Source: a virus
DNA length: 64,000 nucleotides
IMG/VR virus record: IMGVR_UViG_3300042323_000705
Location: 9,779 to 73,778 of that record
Strand: one strand, 5' to 3'
Position numbers and translations under genes: made by a program. The notes beneath the pieces were generated by a model. It made no database searches, had not been told where the DNA came from, and was given only the letters and a program-made list of their open reading frames with translations. Below are positions 37,931 through 45,943 of the stretch, one piece after another; position 1 is the first letter of the stretch; every line of letters starts with the position of its first letter.

Positions 37931-39286
37931 ATGTCAGTTATTAAATTACATCGCGCCCAATCTGAGGTGATTCACCATTTGTTTAAACCAGTGGAGCCTA
38001 ACACAGAAGATTGGAAGATGCGCTTTGCTGTAGTTGTTGGTTCTCGTGGTTTTGGCAAGTCTTATGTTTCTGGTGCTGCTGTTACTCTTGCAGTAGGTGA
38101 ACTAGAAACGCTTAACGAATCTGTTCCCAACAAAAACATTGCTCTTCTATGCGGTAGCCATACACAGGTAACCGACATTTACTGGCCTATGCTAGCTTAC
38201 CAGTTTGGACTTGAGAGTCGTTGTTGGAAGCATTCACGCAGTCTCGGTAAATTTATCTTTGCAAATGGTACAGAAATCCGTTGTTGGTCAGCAGACGCTT
38301 ATGAACGACTTCGTGGTTCAGGTCAGTACTTAGTAATTTCAGACGAACTACCTTCTTGGAAAGTCCCCGGTGGATCAATCAAGGATGCGTGGGAGTCTGT
38401 TATCGAGCCTTGTGTTATTACTCGTTGGAGTCCAAAGCAGGCAGCTGCAGTAGGCGCTCCTAGCCCTGGACGTGCACTTCTTCCAAGTACGCCTCTTGGT
38501 AAAGACTACTTTTATGATCTTGCTCAACGTGAGCATATCGACGATCGTTGGAAGACTTTTTCTTACTCCTACAAAGACAGCCCACTGTTGTCTGAAGAAG
38601 AAATTGAGAAGGCTAAGAAGCATAGCGATCCTCTAAAGTTTGCTCGTGAATATGAAGCAAGCTTCGAAGAGTCTGGTCTAACGCTGTTCCATACATTTTC
38701 TCGTAAACTCCATGTTGATCCTGATTTACCTTACTTTGAGGAAGATGAAACAGTACACTGTGCTATCGACTTTAACATCATGCTTAACGCTACAAGCTTC
38801 CACGCTATTCGAGGTGGACAAGTGCATACTCTTGACGAGTCAAAAGGCACGGCTAACACTGAGGAACTTGCCCGTCTCATTCGTTCCAAATTCCCTAAAA
38901 ATAAGATCGTCTGCTATCCAGACCCTGCTGGGAAGGCCCGGAAGACGTCTGCAGCTGTGGGCGTGACAGACTTCAGCATACTCCGCGAGGCGGGATTTAC
39001 CGTACTGGCGAAAGACAAAGCTCCCGCTATTGTTGATAGTGTGGCTGCTGTTAATCGGAAACTCCTTAATGCTGATGGTGATGTAGACATGCTGATTCAT
39101 CCTCGTTGTACTGGGTTAATCAGTTCTTTTGAGCGTACTAGCTGGCTTGAAAACCGACCAGAAACAGCTACAATTGACAAGACTCAAGGTGTAGAGCACT
39201 ACACTGACGGAGTTCGTTATTTTGTAGACTATCTCTGGCCGATTGTTCATTCAAGACCTAGTATTGTTGTTAGCTCAATGTTCTAA
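37931..39286 (+). CDS. terL: Terminase large subunit
   Basis: Walker A GSRGFGKS, LRGSG, Walker B VISDE, STPLGKD, FAREYEASF, nuclease AIDFN, YPDPAG, HYTDGVRY. Confidence 0.95.
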   Translation: MSVIKLHRAQSEVIHHLFKPVEPNTEDWKMRFAVVVGSRGFGKSYVSGAAVTLAVGELETLNESVPNKNIALLCGSHTQVTDIYWPMLAYQFGLESRCWKHSRSLGKFIFANGTEIRCWSADAYERLRGSGQYLVISDELPSWKVPGGSIKDAWESVIEPCVITRWSPKQAAAVGAPSPGRALLPSTPLGKDYFYDLAQREHIDDRWKTFSYSYKDSPLLSEEEIEKAKKHSDPLKFAREYEASFEESGLTLFHTFSRKLHVDPDLPYFEEDETVHCAIDFNIMLNATSFHAIRGGQVHTLDESKGTANTEELARLIRSKFPKNKIVCYPDPAGKARKTSAAVGVTDFSILREAGFTVLAKDKAPAIVDSVAAVNRKLLNADGDVDMLIHPRCTGLISSFERTSWLENRPETATIDKTQGVEHYTDGVRYFVDYLWPIVHSRPSIVVSSMF

Positions 39287-39498
39287 TTAACACCAAGTAC
39301 TTTTCGGATCTCTTTTTGTTGGTGTTGTTTACCAAGGTTGTACATATCACGCAAAGCCGAGACTACTACTTTAGATTGTTCTAAAGGAATCCTTCCAGAT
39401 TGGAAGTAGTAGATTTTAGCATGTTGAGTTCCCTCTGCACGAGGATCGGGATTTTCAACGTAAACTTCTCCTGCATGGTAGTCAAATATGATAGTCAT
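39283..39498 (-). CDS. Hypothetical protein
   Basis: 71 aa with GGGAG RBS; convergent with terL. Confidence 0.6.
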   Translation of the reverse strand: MTIIFDYHAGEVYVENPDPRAEGTQHAKIYYFQSGRIPLEQSKVVVSALRDMYNLGKQHQQKEIRKVLGVN

Positions 39499-39539
39499 AG
39501 GTCTCTCCCAGGTTGAAGAAAAAAGTGAAGTAATAAGAT

Positions 39540-39567
39540 GGGGGGCGCGAAGCCCCCCGTTTTATTT
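39540..39567. terminator. Hairpin terminator
   Basis: GGGGGGC GCGAA GCCCCCC GTTTTATTT. Confidence 0.7.
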
Positions 39568-39748
39568 ATACGTGTCGAAACACCAAACGTTTTTGATCGT
39601 CTGATGCTTCGGGTAGACTACAAAGCTTTGCAGCTTTTCGTTGATAAGTCGTCCACTCGATATTCCATAGTAGTTTTTTCTTATTAAGAACTTTTCTTTC
39701 AATAGACATCATTTTGCGAATGTAATATGACAACTCAATCAGATGCAT
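39566..39748 (-). CDS. Hypothetical protein
   Basis: 60 aa with AGGAG RBS. Confidence 0.55.
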   Translation of the reverse strand: MHLIELSYYIRKMMSIERKVLNKKKLLWNIEWTTYQRKAAKLCSLPEASDDQKRLVFRHV

Positions 39749-39766
39749 TGTTTTGCTCCTTGTATT

Positions 39767-40036
39767 TCACAGGTTAGCTTTTTTAGACATGAGGTAAGTT
39801 TCTAGCTCGTTACTAAGTTTTTCGAGCTCTGCTTGCTTTTTATTTTTTATTTTTTCTACTTCTCTAGTAAAGTTAGCTCTTACTTCTTGTTTAGCCTTTC
39901 TATACTTTTCTAGCATAGCTTCTAATTCGTCTGTTATAGGGTAACTTGAGTTGTCAATTAAAAAGTCAATTGGCCCTGCAATGATCTTGTCGTACTTTTC
40001 TGTGTTTGTTTCTTTCCGAGAGAAAAAACTAAACAT
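39767..40036 (-). CDS. Hypothetical protein
   Basis: 89 aa with AAGGA RBS. Confidence 0.6.
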   Translation of the reverse strand: MFSFFSRKETNTEKYDKIIAGPIDFLIDNSSYPITDELEAMLEKYRKAKQEVRANFTREVEKIKNKKQAELEKLSNELETYLMSKKANL

Positions 40037-40342
40037 GGGTTTTCCTTTGTTGAATTGGTAGAAGTGCCGAGTTTCGATCTCGGTCCAGAACAGTCATCTA
40101 CTGCTAAAGGGATTATAAGGCCCTCCTGCGTCCCAACGCCCACTTCCATACTTTAACGATGATCCTTTGACTTTGGTTTAGCACGTTTATGCTTTTGAGT
40201 TTGGTATGTGCTAGTTGCACGAGTATGTTTGCGCCCTTTACGAAGATCACCACCTGCACAACAGCGACAGTGAGGGCGAACACCAAGACGAACGTCACAG
40301 TTAGCTTTTTCGTGATTTCCTGAATCCATGTTAGCCTCTTAG

Positions 40343-40909
40343 CTATATCTCATTTAGTTTAGCAAATTCACCATGGTATTTTAAAGCTGCTTCGTTATAA
40401 GCTTTTGCAGCTTCTATTAGGTCTTCAAAATAACCAATATGTTTAGTTATCGTATTTATCATTACTCTAGCTTGCCATTTTTCTTTTTCTTTATTCCAAT
40501 GAACACCTTTATACCCAGAAGTATTATTTTTAGGTTTTTTAGAATTTCTAGAATTTTCTTTTTGATTAGCTAACCTTAAATTCTCTAGTTTATTGTTAGA
40601 AGGATTCCCATCTATATGATCAATATAGTATCCTTCAGGTATAGGACCATTAAACATTTGCCAGATTATCCTATGAACTCTAAAAGGACTACCTGCAATT
40701 GTTACTTCGAAATAGACTTTACTGCTCTTATTTCCAGCAAGATCTCCTACTTTTTTATTATTACACATAGGATGAACAATTTTCCAGTAAATTTCTCCAT
40801 TTTTATACTCAAAAATTTCATTAAGAGGTTTATTAAGAAATTCATTTTTTAACTGTTCTGCTTTTTGTTTTTTAATTTCATTATTTTTATGTAAATGTTC
40901 CCATCCCAT
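40343..40909 (-). CDS. HNH homing endonuclease with AP2 domain
   Basis: HRIIW...IDHIDGNPSNNKLENLRLA, NTSGYKGVHW...KWQA...GYF...AAKAYNEAALKYHGEFA; very AT-rich. Confidence 0.93.
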   Translation of the reverse strand: MGWEHLHKNNEIKKQKAEQLKNEFLNKPLNEIFEYKNGEIYWKIVHPMCNNKKVGDLAGNKSSKVYFEVTIAGSPFRVHRIIWQMFNGPIPEGYYIDHIDGNPSNNKLENLRLANQKENSRNSKKPKNNTSGYKGVHWNKEKEKWQARVMINTITKHIGYFEDLIEAAKAYNEAALKYHGEFAKLNEI

Positions 40910-40926
40910 ATTAGTTTCCTTTTTAA

Positions 40927-41002
40927 TGGCAGCTCCGGGGTGAATTGCACACCCGACCTAGAATTTAGAAGATTCTTGCTCTGTCTGCTGAGCTACGGAG
41001 CC
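40927..41002 (-). tRNA. tRNA-Arg (anticodon UCU), CCA encoded
   Basis: GGCTCCG acceptor / CGGAGCT-G-CCA; D arm GCTC..GAGC; anticodon arm AGAAT CTTCTAA ATTCT; T arm GGGTG TGCAATT CACCC; 76 nt. Confidence 0.9.
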
Positions 41003-41008
41003 ATACCT

Positions 41009-41031
41009 TTCTGCTTTAGCGTTAAGAGGTG
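41009..41031 (-). promoter_or_regulatory. Phage RNAP promoter (tRNA-Arg/HNH)
   Basis: CACCTCTTAACGCTAAA-GCAGAA; predicted +1 is 12 nt before the tRNA. Confidence 0.85.
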
Positions 41032-41067
41032 AGAAGGCCAGCCATTAGTCACACAGCCAGCCTTCTC
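41031..41067 (-). other. RNA hairpin (terminator or processing site)
   Basis: GAGAAGGCUGGCUGU-GUGACUA-AUGGCUGGCCUUCUC pairs fully only on the minus strand, via G-U pairs. Confidence 0.55.
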
Positions 41068-41074
41068 AAGTTTA

Positions 41075-41257
41075 TTACTGCATAGTCTCTACGATCTTGT
41101 CGATACGTTGATGCAGTCCTTCAAGTGTAGTCACAATTTCTTTCGTTGAAGTCCACTCATCGTCTTCATCTTTGCCTGAGTAGTTTAGGACAAAGCCGTT
41201 ACTAACGATTTCAACATCAAAAGTTTCTACTTTTTTAGTTACAGGTTTCTTAGCCAT
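41075..41257 (-). CDS. Hypothetical protein
   Basis: 60 aa, GGAG RBS. Confidence 0.6.
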   Translation of the reverse strand: MAKKPVTKKVETFDVEIVSNGFVLNYSGKDEDDEWTSTKEIVTTLEGLHQRIDKIVETMQ

Positions 41258-41590
41258 TTATGTCTCCAGTTTGTCAAGAGCAAACCACCACAGTTTCAAC
41301 CGGGTGTTTGCATGTGATGTTTTAGTTGCCCACTTAGTGGATTTAAAACCAATGTCTTTCAAGAAGGCATTAGCTTTTACTTGTTTGTCGTTGGTAAAGG
41401 CTGTAACCATAGCCTTTCCTTCGTTTTTAAGCTTTAGCATTTCATTTAGCAAAGCTTCTTTAGTTTCTTCAACTTTCATGCCTGGATAGTTATAATCAGC
41501 TCCTTGAGCAGGAACTCCATCACCATCAAAGCGAAAGCTAGACAGGACCACAGCAGTACAGCACGAGGCTACGTTATCTACTTTCATCAC
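41258..41590 (-). CDS. Hypothetical protein
   Basis: 110 aa. Confidence 0.6.
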   Translation of the reverse strand: MMKVDNVASCCTAVVLSSFRFDGDGVPAQGADYNYPGMKVEETKEALLNEMLKLKNEGKAMVTAFTNDKQVKANAFLKDIGFKSTKWATKTSHANTRLKLWWFALDKLET

Positions 41591-42186
41591 AGTTCTCCTA
41601 CGACAAGACGCTTGCAGTTTTTAGCCGACAACTCAGAACAGTTATCTTGCTTAGTATCTAGCTCCGCTACAGTCCAAATTGTAGCGCCATACACAATAAC
41701 ATCATTCTGTTTCAGCTTATCCTTTTCAACAGTAGCATGACGAGGATTACCTGTTCCAGCCAACGGTACAAGTTTAACAGTATAAGGTTTCACTTCCTCA
41801 AGAGCATCTTTCTTAAATGCCTTGATAGCGTTGTTAGCGTCACCGCGAATCTCAAGTACTAGCTCACCAGCAGTATTGGTACCGATGTGGATACCATACA
41901 CTTCTTCACCGATAACTTTGAATAGCTTAGACATGGTTTTCTTTTCCTCTTTTGTGTTGCCGATTACTGTGTAGTTGCTTAGGCTGTAGTTATCACCATC
42001 ATACAAGGTACAATCGTTTAAACCTTTAGTATTGTAGTCTTGACCTTCCCAACGTTCTAAGGGACGGCAACTTGCTGTGTCTGCTCTGTCATTTCTAAGA
42101 TGAATCTTGTAGACTTCAAGAGGCACCTTGTTACGTCGATGCTTTAGAACATCACCTTCTTTTAGATACTTTAGTACTACTGCCAT
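41587..42186 (-). CDS. Hypothetical protein
   Basis: 199 aa, possibly with an internal start (MSKLFK). Confidence 0.65.
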   Translation of the reverse strand: MAVVLKYLKEGDVLKHRRNKVPLEVYKIHLRNDRADTASCRPLERWEGQDYNTKGLNDCTLYDGDNYSLSNYTVIGNTKEEKKTMSKLFKVIGEEVYGIHIGTNTAGELVLEIRGDANNAIKAFKKDALEEVKPYTVKLVPLAGTGNPRHATVEKDKLKQNDVIVYGATIWTVAELDTKQDNCSELSAKNCKRLVVGEL

Positions 42187-42330
42187 TTTACCCCCAAGGT
42201 GTCTTTCCCAAATACAACGTAAAAGGGATTAGTGATTGCTGATGGAGCCTCTGAATAGCTCATGTGTTCATGATGGTCCCAGTCGTCTTCGTTCCAAGCC
42301 TTGTGCTCCTTTATCAGGTTAAACTCTGCT

Positions 42331-42687
42331 TTACTCATAGAACGTATGTTCGCCATAGCGTCCGATCCTTTTTCTAGTGTTAAAGAAACCTTTACGAGAT
42401 CCACTGTGGAAAAACAAAGCTTCAGTACCAGGTAACTCTGTGTGACCCCAGTATACTTCTCCTGCCATGGTTACTGAGTCTAAGAAGACAGCTTCAGTAA
42501 TAGGCAGGTCTTTGTCAGACCAAGCGAATTGTTTAGGCTGGTAGACTACCTCACAAATAGTTGCTGGGAAGTCTTCGTGTTTAACTCTGTTCATGATAAC
42601 CTCAGCTACAAGTAACTGGGCTTCGATAGTTTCTGAACGAGCTTCGTGGTAGAGAGCTAGGGCTAAGCATAGTACGCTTTCTAGCAT
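42331..42687 (-). CDS. Cell wall hydrolase (SleB/Hydrolase_2 family)
   Basis: CLALALYHEARSE...VAEVIMNRV...FPATICEVVYQPKQFAW...HTFY. Confidence 0.9.
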   Translation of the reverse strand: MLESVLCLALALYHEARSETIEAQLLVAEVIMNRVKHEDFPATICEVVYQPKQFAWSDKDLPITEAVFLDSVTMAGEVYWGHTELPGTEALFFHSGSRKGFFNTRKRIGRYGEHTFYE

Positions 42688-42701
42688 GCTACCTCCTTTG
42701 T

Positions 42702-42902
42702 TTAGAAAGGAATCAGTAGAGACTCCACGTACTGCATGTGATTTTCACTCATCTCTGCTAGGTCTTCATCAGTTATCTCTTTCCAAGTTGAGTTGTCTAA
42801 GGAACGCTCGATGTGTCTCCAGTCTCGACATCGATAGTACCAAACGGTTCCGTCGAACTCTGTGTAAGAGTTCAAAGGATCTATGCGGCAGTCGTTACAC
42901 AT
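42702..42902 (-). CDS. Hypothetical protein
   Basis: 66 aa. Confidence 0.5.
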   Translation of the reverse strand: MCNDCRIDPLNSYTEFDGTVWYYRCRDWRHIERSLDNSTWKEITDEDLAEMSENHMQYVESLLIPF

Positions 42903-43311
42903 AGTTTATTGTCACTCCTGCTTCTTGTAGCATTGATCGTGCTACTGTGAAGTTACGATACCAAGAAGACCAAGGTTCAGGTGCAGGTGCTACTACTCTA
43001 CTGATTCCTCGCTGTATAGCTAACCCTGCACAAGTACTGCAGAGAAAGCTGGTACAGTAAAGAGTGGCTCCGTGGCAGTCGTTAGAGGAGAGAAGAGCAT
43101 AAGTCTCTGCATGCACTACAATTAGGTTCTTATACTCTTTGTCAGCCCAACGAGCATCGGTGTTAGCGATACCTTTAGGAAACTGGTTAAAGCCTCTAGT
43201 AAGGACTCTACCGTTTCTTGCAACTACGCAACCTACTTTTTTGTTAGGATCTAGAGACCAAGAAGCTTGTTCTTGCGCTAGTCCAAAGTAGAACTGATCC
43301 TGATCATTCAT
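42895..43311 (-). CDS. dCMP deaminase-like protein
   Basis: KVGCVV, GFNQFP, VHAE, LYCT..CSTCA zinc motif. Confidence 0.85.
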   Translation of the reverse strand: MNDQDQFYFGLAQEQASWSLDPNKKVGCVVARNGRVLTRGFNQFPKGIANTDARWADKEYKNLIVVHAETYALLSSNDCHGATLYCTSFLCSTCAGLAIQRGISRVVAPAPEPWSSWYRNFTVARSMLQEAGVTINYV

Positions 43312-43480
43312 TCCAGTTCCTCTGTACAGTCACAGTCGTATACGTACTCAGACCAGATAGAGTCGTAACCAATGTCCATCTTAGCTTTCCATTCTCCTAG
43401 CGAAGTAGGGTCAAGCAGCAAAGAAAGACCAAACATAAACAGGATAGCCTTGTAGACTTGGTTGATGTACTCGTTCAGTC

Positions 43481-43891
43481 TCATTTGTTTTCTCCTTTGA
43501 TTTCTGCTATGAGGTCTTTGATACGTTTATTGTAAACTCCAGCACCACTGTGCATAGAGCTATTGTAACCTAATACTGATTTTAATAACTCTAGAGTCTT
43601 CTCGAGAAGTAGCTCCTTTTTGTGTAGTTTTTCAGCTAGTCGATCAGAAACAGCAGAGTGAGTCTTTATTGCTTCTTCAAGGTGATCTACTGGGCGTTCT
43701 CCTTCGTAGGCTTGCCAAAGTAAGTTGTAGTAACCTAGCTTGGCTTCAAGGGCTTCGATGCGATCGGCGCGGACGTATTCGATGCAAGGCTTATCGTTCA
43801 GCGTCTTGCCCTCGTTGTCGTCCCAATCGCCCTCGCTCCAATCGCCTTCGCGCCAAGGAGCAATCCAAATCCGTTCTGGTGCGTCAGTCAT
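43481..43891 (-). CDS. Hypothetical protein (chimeric GC-rich 5' / AT-rich 3')
   Basis: MTDAPERIW...EYVRAD; base composition switches near 43740. Confidence 0.6.
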   Translation of the reverse strand: MTDAPERIWIAPWREGDWSEGDWDDNEGKTLNDKPCIEYVRADRIEALEAKLGYYNLLWQAYEGERPVDHLEEAIKTHSAVSDRLAEKLHKKELLLEKTLELLKSVLGYNSSMHSGAGVYNKRIKDLIAEIKGENK

Positions 43892-44043
43892 AATGACACC
43901 CCAGTCTTCCGCAAATCATGCAGCGCGTTTCAAATACGATGTGACCGCGATCAGTGACATGGACTCGGCTAACCTTGTTTTTATGCAGACCAATCCAGTG
44001 CAGGAGTCTCCAAATCATTTCCCAGATTTGCCCGTTGTTGTAG

Positions 44044-44394
44044 TCAGTCATCTCTTGCCTCTACATACTTCACGGCGATGCGGACATCGTGAGGGCTGAC
44101 ATAGCGAAGGGCGGCTTCTTTTGATGTGAAGGTCACCAAGCCGCCTCCTTTCGTCTCATTCACCCAGATCACCTTCGGCTCGACATGCTGTTTGACCACT
44201 TGGAAGGCGATGATATCTGCGTCACCATAGTCATGCCGCCATGAAATAAGTTTAGCCTGCCATAAAATAGGCAAACCCAAGTTTCTCCGCCACGCTCTAA
44301 CCTCAGTCTCAGGATGCACAGGACAGTCGCCACCGTTCCAGCCGTGGATTTTTCCGTCGTTGTAGTTGGTCATTTCGTCCTCCTCGCCGGGCAA
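44044..44394 (-). CDS. Hypothetical protein
   Basis: YNDGKIHGWNGGDCPVHP; GC-rich; likely start at MTNYND after GAGGAGG. Confidence 0.65.
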   Translation of the reverse strand: MPGEEDEMTNYNDGKIHGWNGGDCPVHPETEVRAWRRNLGLPILWQAKLISWRHDYGDADIIAFQVVKQHVEPKVIWVNETKGGGLVTFTSKEAALRYVSPHDVRIAVKYVEARDD

Positions 44395-44462
44395 TCTCTA
44401 CCTTGATTACAGTTGTTGTTACAGGGTGGGCACATGGTTCTCTCCTTAGTTTGTTAACCTCC

Positions 44463-44485
44463 CACCTCTTAGCTATAAAGAAGAA
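44463..44485 (+). promoter_or_regulatory. Phage RNAP promoter with no adjacent (+) gene
   Basis: CACCTCTTAGCTATAAA-GAAGAA. Confidence 0.8.
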
Positions 44486-44645
44486 TGAGAGTTCTTTGGG
44501 GGTCGTCATCAGTGGTTCAGTTAGAAGAACTATGATGTTTTTCCTACTTTCCGGTGACTAGCGTCAGCTATAGGGGGTAGGGGGCCATCATAGTGGTTAG
44601 TTAGAAGAGAGAAGAAATAAATCAGTCACATCTAACTTCTTTTCT
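44480..44645 (+). ncRNA. Candidate structured RNA / replication-primer RNA
   Basis: Long G-U-rich hairpin 44529-44594, three G5 runs, imperfect direct repeat, downstream of the promoter. Confidence 0.4.
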
Positions 44646-44872
44646 TCTTCTTTCTTCTTATACTGATCTAGTATCAACTGTGCTTCTTCTTGTGTTTTAA
44701 CCACACAATAAAATAGCTGTAAATCTGGAAAGCGAAAAGTAGTCAACTCTGAACATACACCAGACCACTCATACACTGGTTTAGACCACCAGAGCATACC
44801 TGTTGTTCTTCCTGTTGATTTCCAAACCTGAGGAACATAGCCTTTAGTGACCACGACAATACGTGTTTTCAT
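44597..44872 (-). CDS. Hypothetical protein
   Basis: Start placed at MKTRIVV after GGAGG. Confidence 0.55.
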   Translation of the reverse strand: MKTRIVVVTKGYVPQVWKSTGRTTGMLWWSKPVYEWSGVCSELTTFRFPDLQLFYCVVKTQEEAQLILDQYKKKEEEKKLDVTDLFLLSSN

Positions 44873-44873
44873 G

Positions 44874-45125
44874 TTACGCCTCCAGACGGTTGTGAACAGC
44901 CAACGGTACTTCATTATGACGTACCTTTGTCCAGTGTTCTTTAGCGAGACTAAACACATAGTCTCCCTGTTTGTAACTGTACTCGTAGTCAAGGTCAGCC
45001 CACATAATCTTTACCTTGTCTACAGTGATACGTGCCCACTTGTTACGTACAGGATGGTGATACCAACCCTGTGCACAGTAGTAGCCACGGTTGTTGACGG
45101 TAGTTACAGCGGTGTCCTTGCTCAT
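44874..45125 (-). CDS. Hypothetical protein
   Basis: 83 aa coupled ORF. Confidence 0.6.
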   Translation of the reverse strand: MSKDTAVTTVNNRGYYCAQGWYHHPVRNKWARITVDKVKIMWADLDYEYSYKQGDYVFSLAKEHWTKVRHNEVPLAVHNRLEA

Positions 45126-45421
45126 AGTCCTAGTTCCTTCTTTAGCTGTTCATATTGTGAGCGTTTGTAAGCTTGCTGTCGAGTAGCTTCTAATACTACT
45201 CTTTTATTGTACTCTTCTTCTGTCTCTCCACGATAGAAGATCCAACGTAGTTCTACTGAACCTTCATAGTCTGTACAATATTCGAAGTAAACACCATCAC
45301 AGCCAAATAGAGACTTAGCTCTTTCTTGTGCTGCTTTAGTTTCTGCTTCTATTGTGCTTGCAGGAGTTTCATATCCCCAGTTTATTACTTCTTCGACTAG
45401 GTTAAACTTACGACGAGTCAT
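45122..45421 (-). CDS. Hypothetical protein
   Basis: 99 aa, GGAGG RBS. Confidence 0.6.
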   Translation of the reverse strand: MTRRKFNLVEEVINWGYETPASTIEAETKAAQERAKSLFGCDGVYFEYCTDYEGSVELRWIFYRGETEEEYNKRVVLEATRQQAYKRSQYEQLKKELGL

Positions 45422-45690
45422 ACTGCCTCCAGTTGTTTGTAATGTTTCTTAAAGGGTCGATAGTAAGGTTTAGTTTTTAACAACACCATACCATCCCCAA
45501 GAAAAGCTTCAATTCTAGCTTCATGTCCAGTATTTGAAATTCGAACTAACTCTCCTTTGCTAAAGGGACCTCCACCCTTCTTTTGTGGTGTAGTAGGTTC
45601 TTTTGATTCCGAATGCTTCAATTGCACGTGAGCATCCATCGCAAGGGCAACTTGACGCTGTACTTCCATCTTTACAAGTTCTAGCAACAT
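45418..45690 (-). CDS. Hypothetical protein
   Basis: 90 aa, AGGAG RBS; overlaps the deaminase 3' end by about 130 nt. Confidence 0.5.
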   Translation of the reverse strand: MLLELVKMEVQRQVALAMDAHVQLKHSESKEPTTPQKKGGGPFSKGELVRISNTGHEARIEAFLGDGMVLLKTKPYYRPFKKHYKQLEAV

Positions 45691-45943
45691 AAAGAGTGCA
45701 CTCCTTTAGTATTTCGGTTCCATAAAGATTCACTGCCCTGATTATGCAGTCTATTTCTGCATGCAAGTTTACACAGTCAGGGTGTTTATTGTAACGTAGC
45801 ATCATAGGATGCGTTTTGTAGCGGTTGACTCCTGTGGCCAACAACCGGCCTCGGTAGTAGAGTCCCGCTGCATGTTTAGAGCGGAACACTGGTTCTGTTT
45901 TCCTTGCCAGTTCGATTATATAACTAGCGTGATTTACTTCCAC
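45560..45943 (-). CDS. Cytidine/deoxycytidylate deaminase-fold protein
   Basis: KHAAGL, TGVN, LHAEIDCI, LYVAR, SCPCDGC. Confidence 0.8.
   Translation of the reverse strand: MEVNHASYIIELARKTEPVFRSKHAAGLYYRGRLLATGVNRYKTHPMMLRYNKHPDCVNLHAEIDCIIRAVNLYGTEILKECTLYVARTCKDGSTASSCPCDGCSRAIEAFGIKRTYYTTKEGWRSL

Noticed and set aside
40336-40348. Partial promoter match CCTCTTAGCTATA
   Set aside because: Diverges before the initiation region and doubles as a minus-strand RBS; at most a relic.
44309-44509. 66-aa minus-strand ORF across the promoter
   Set aside because: No clear RBS; overlaps the promoter element and the next gene.
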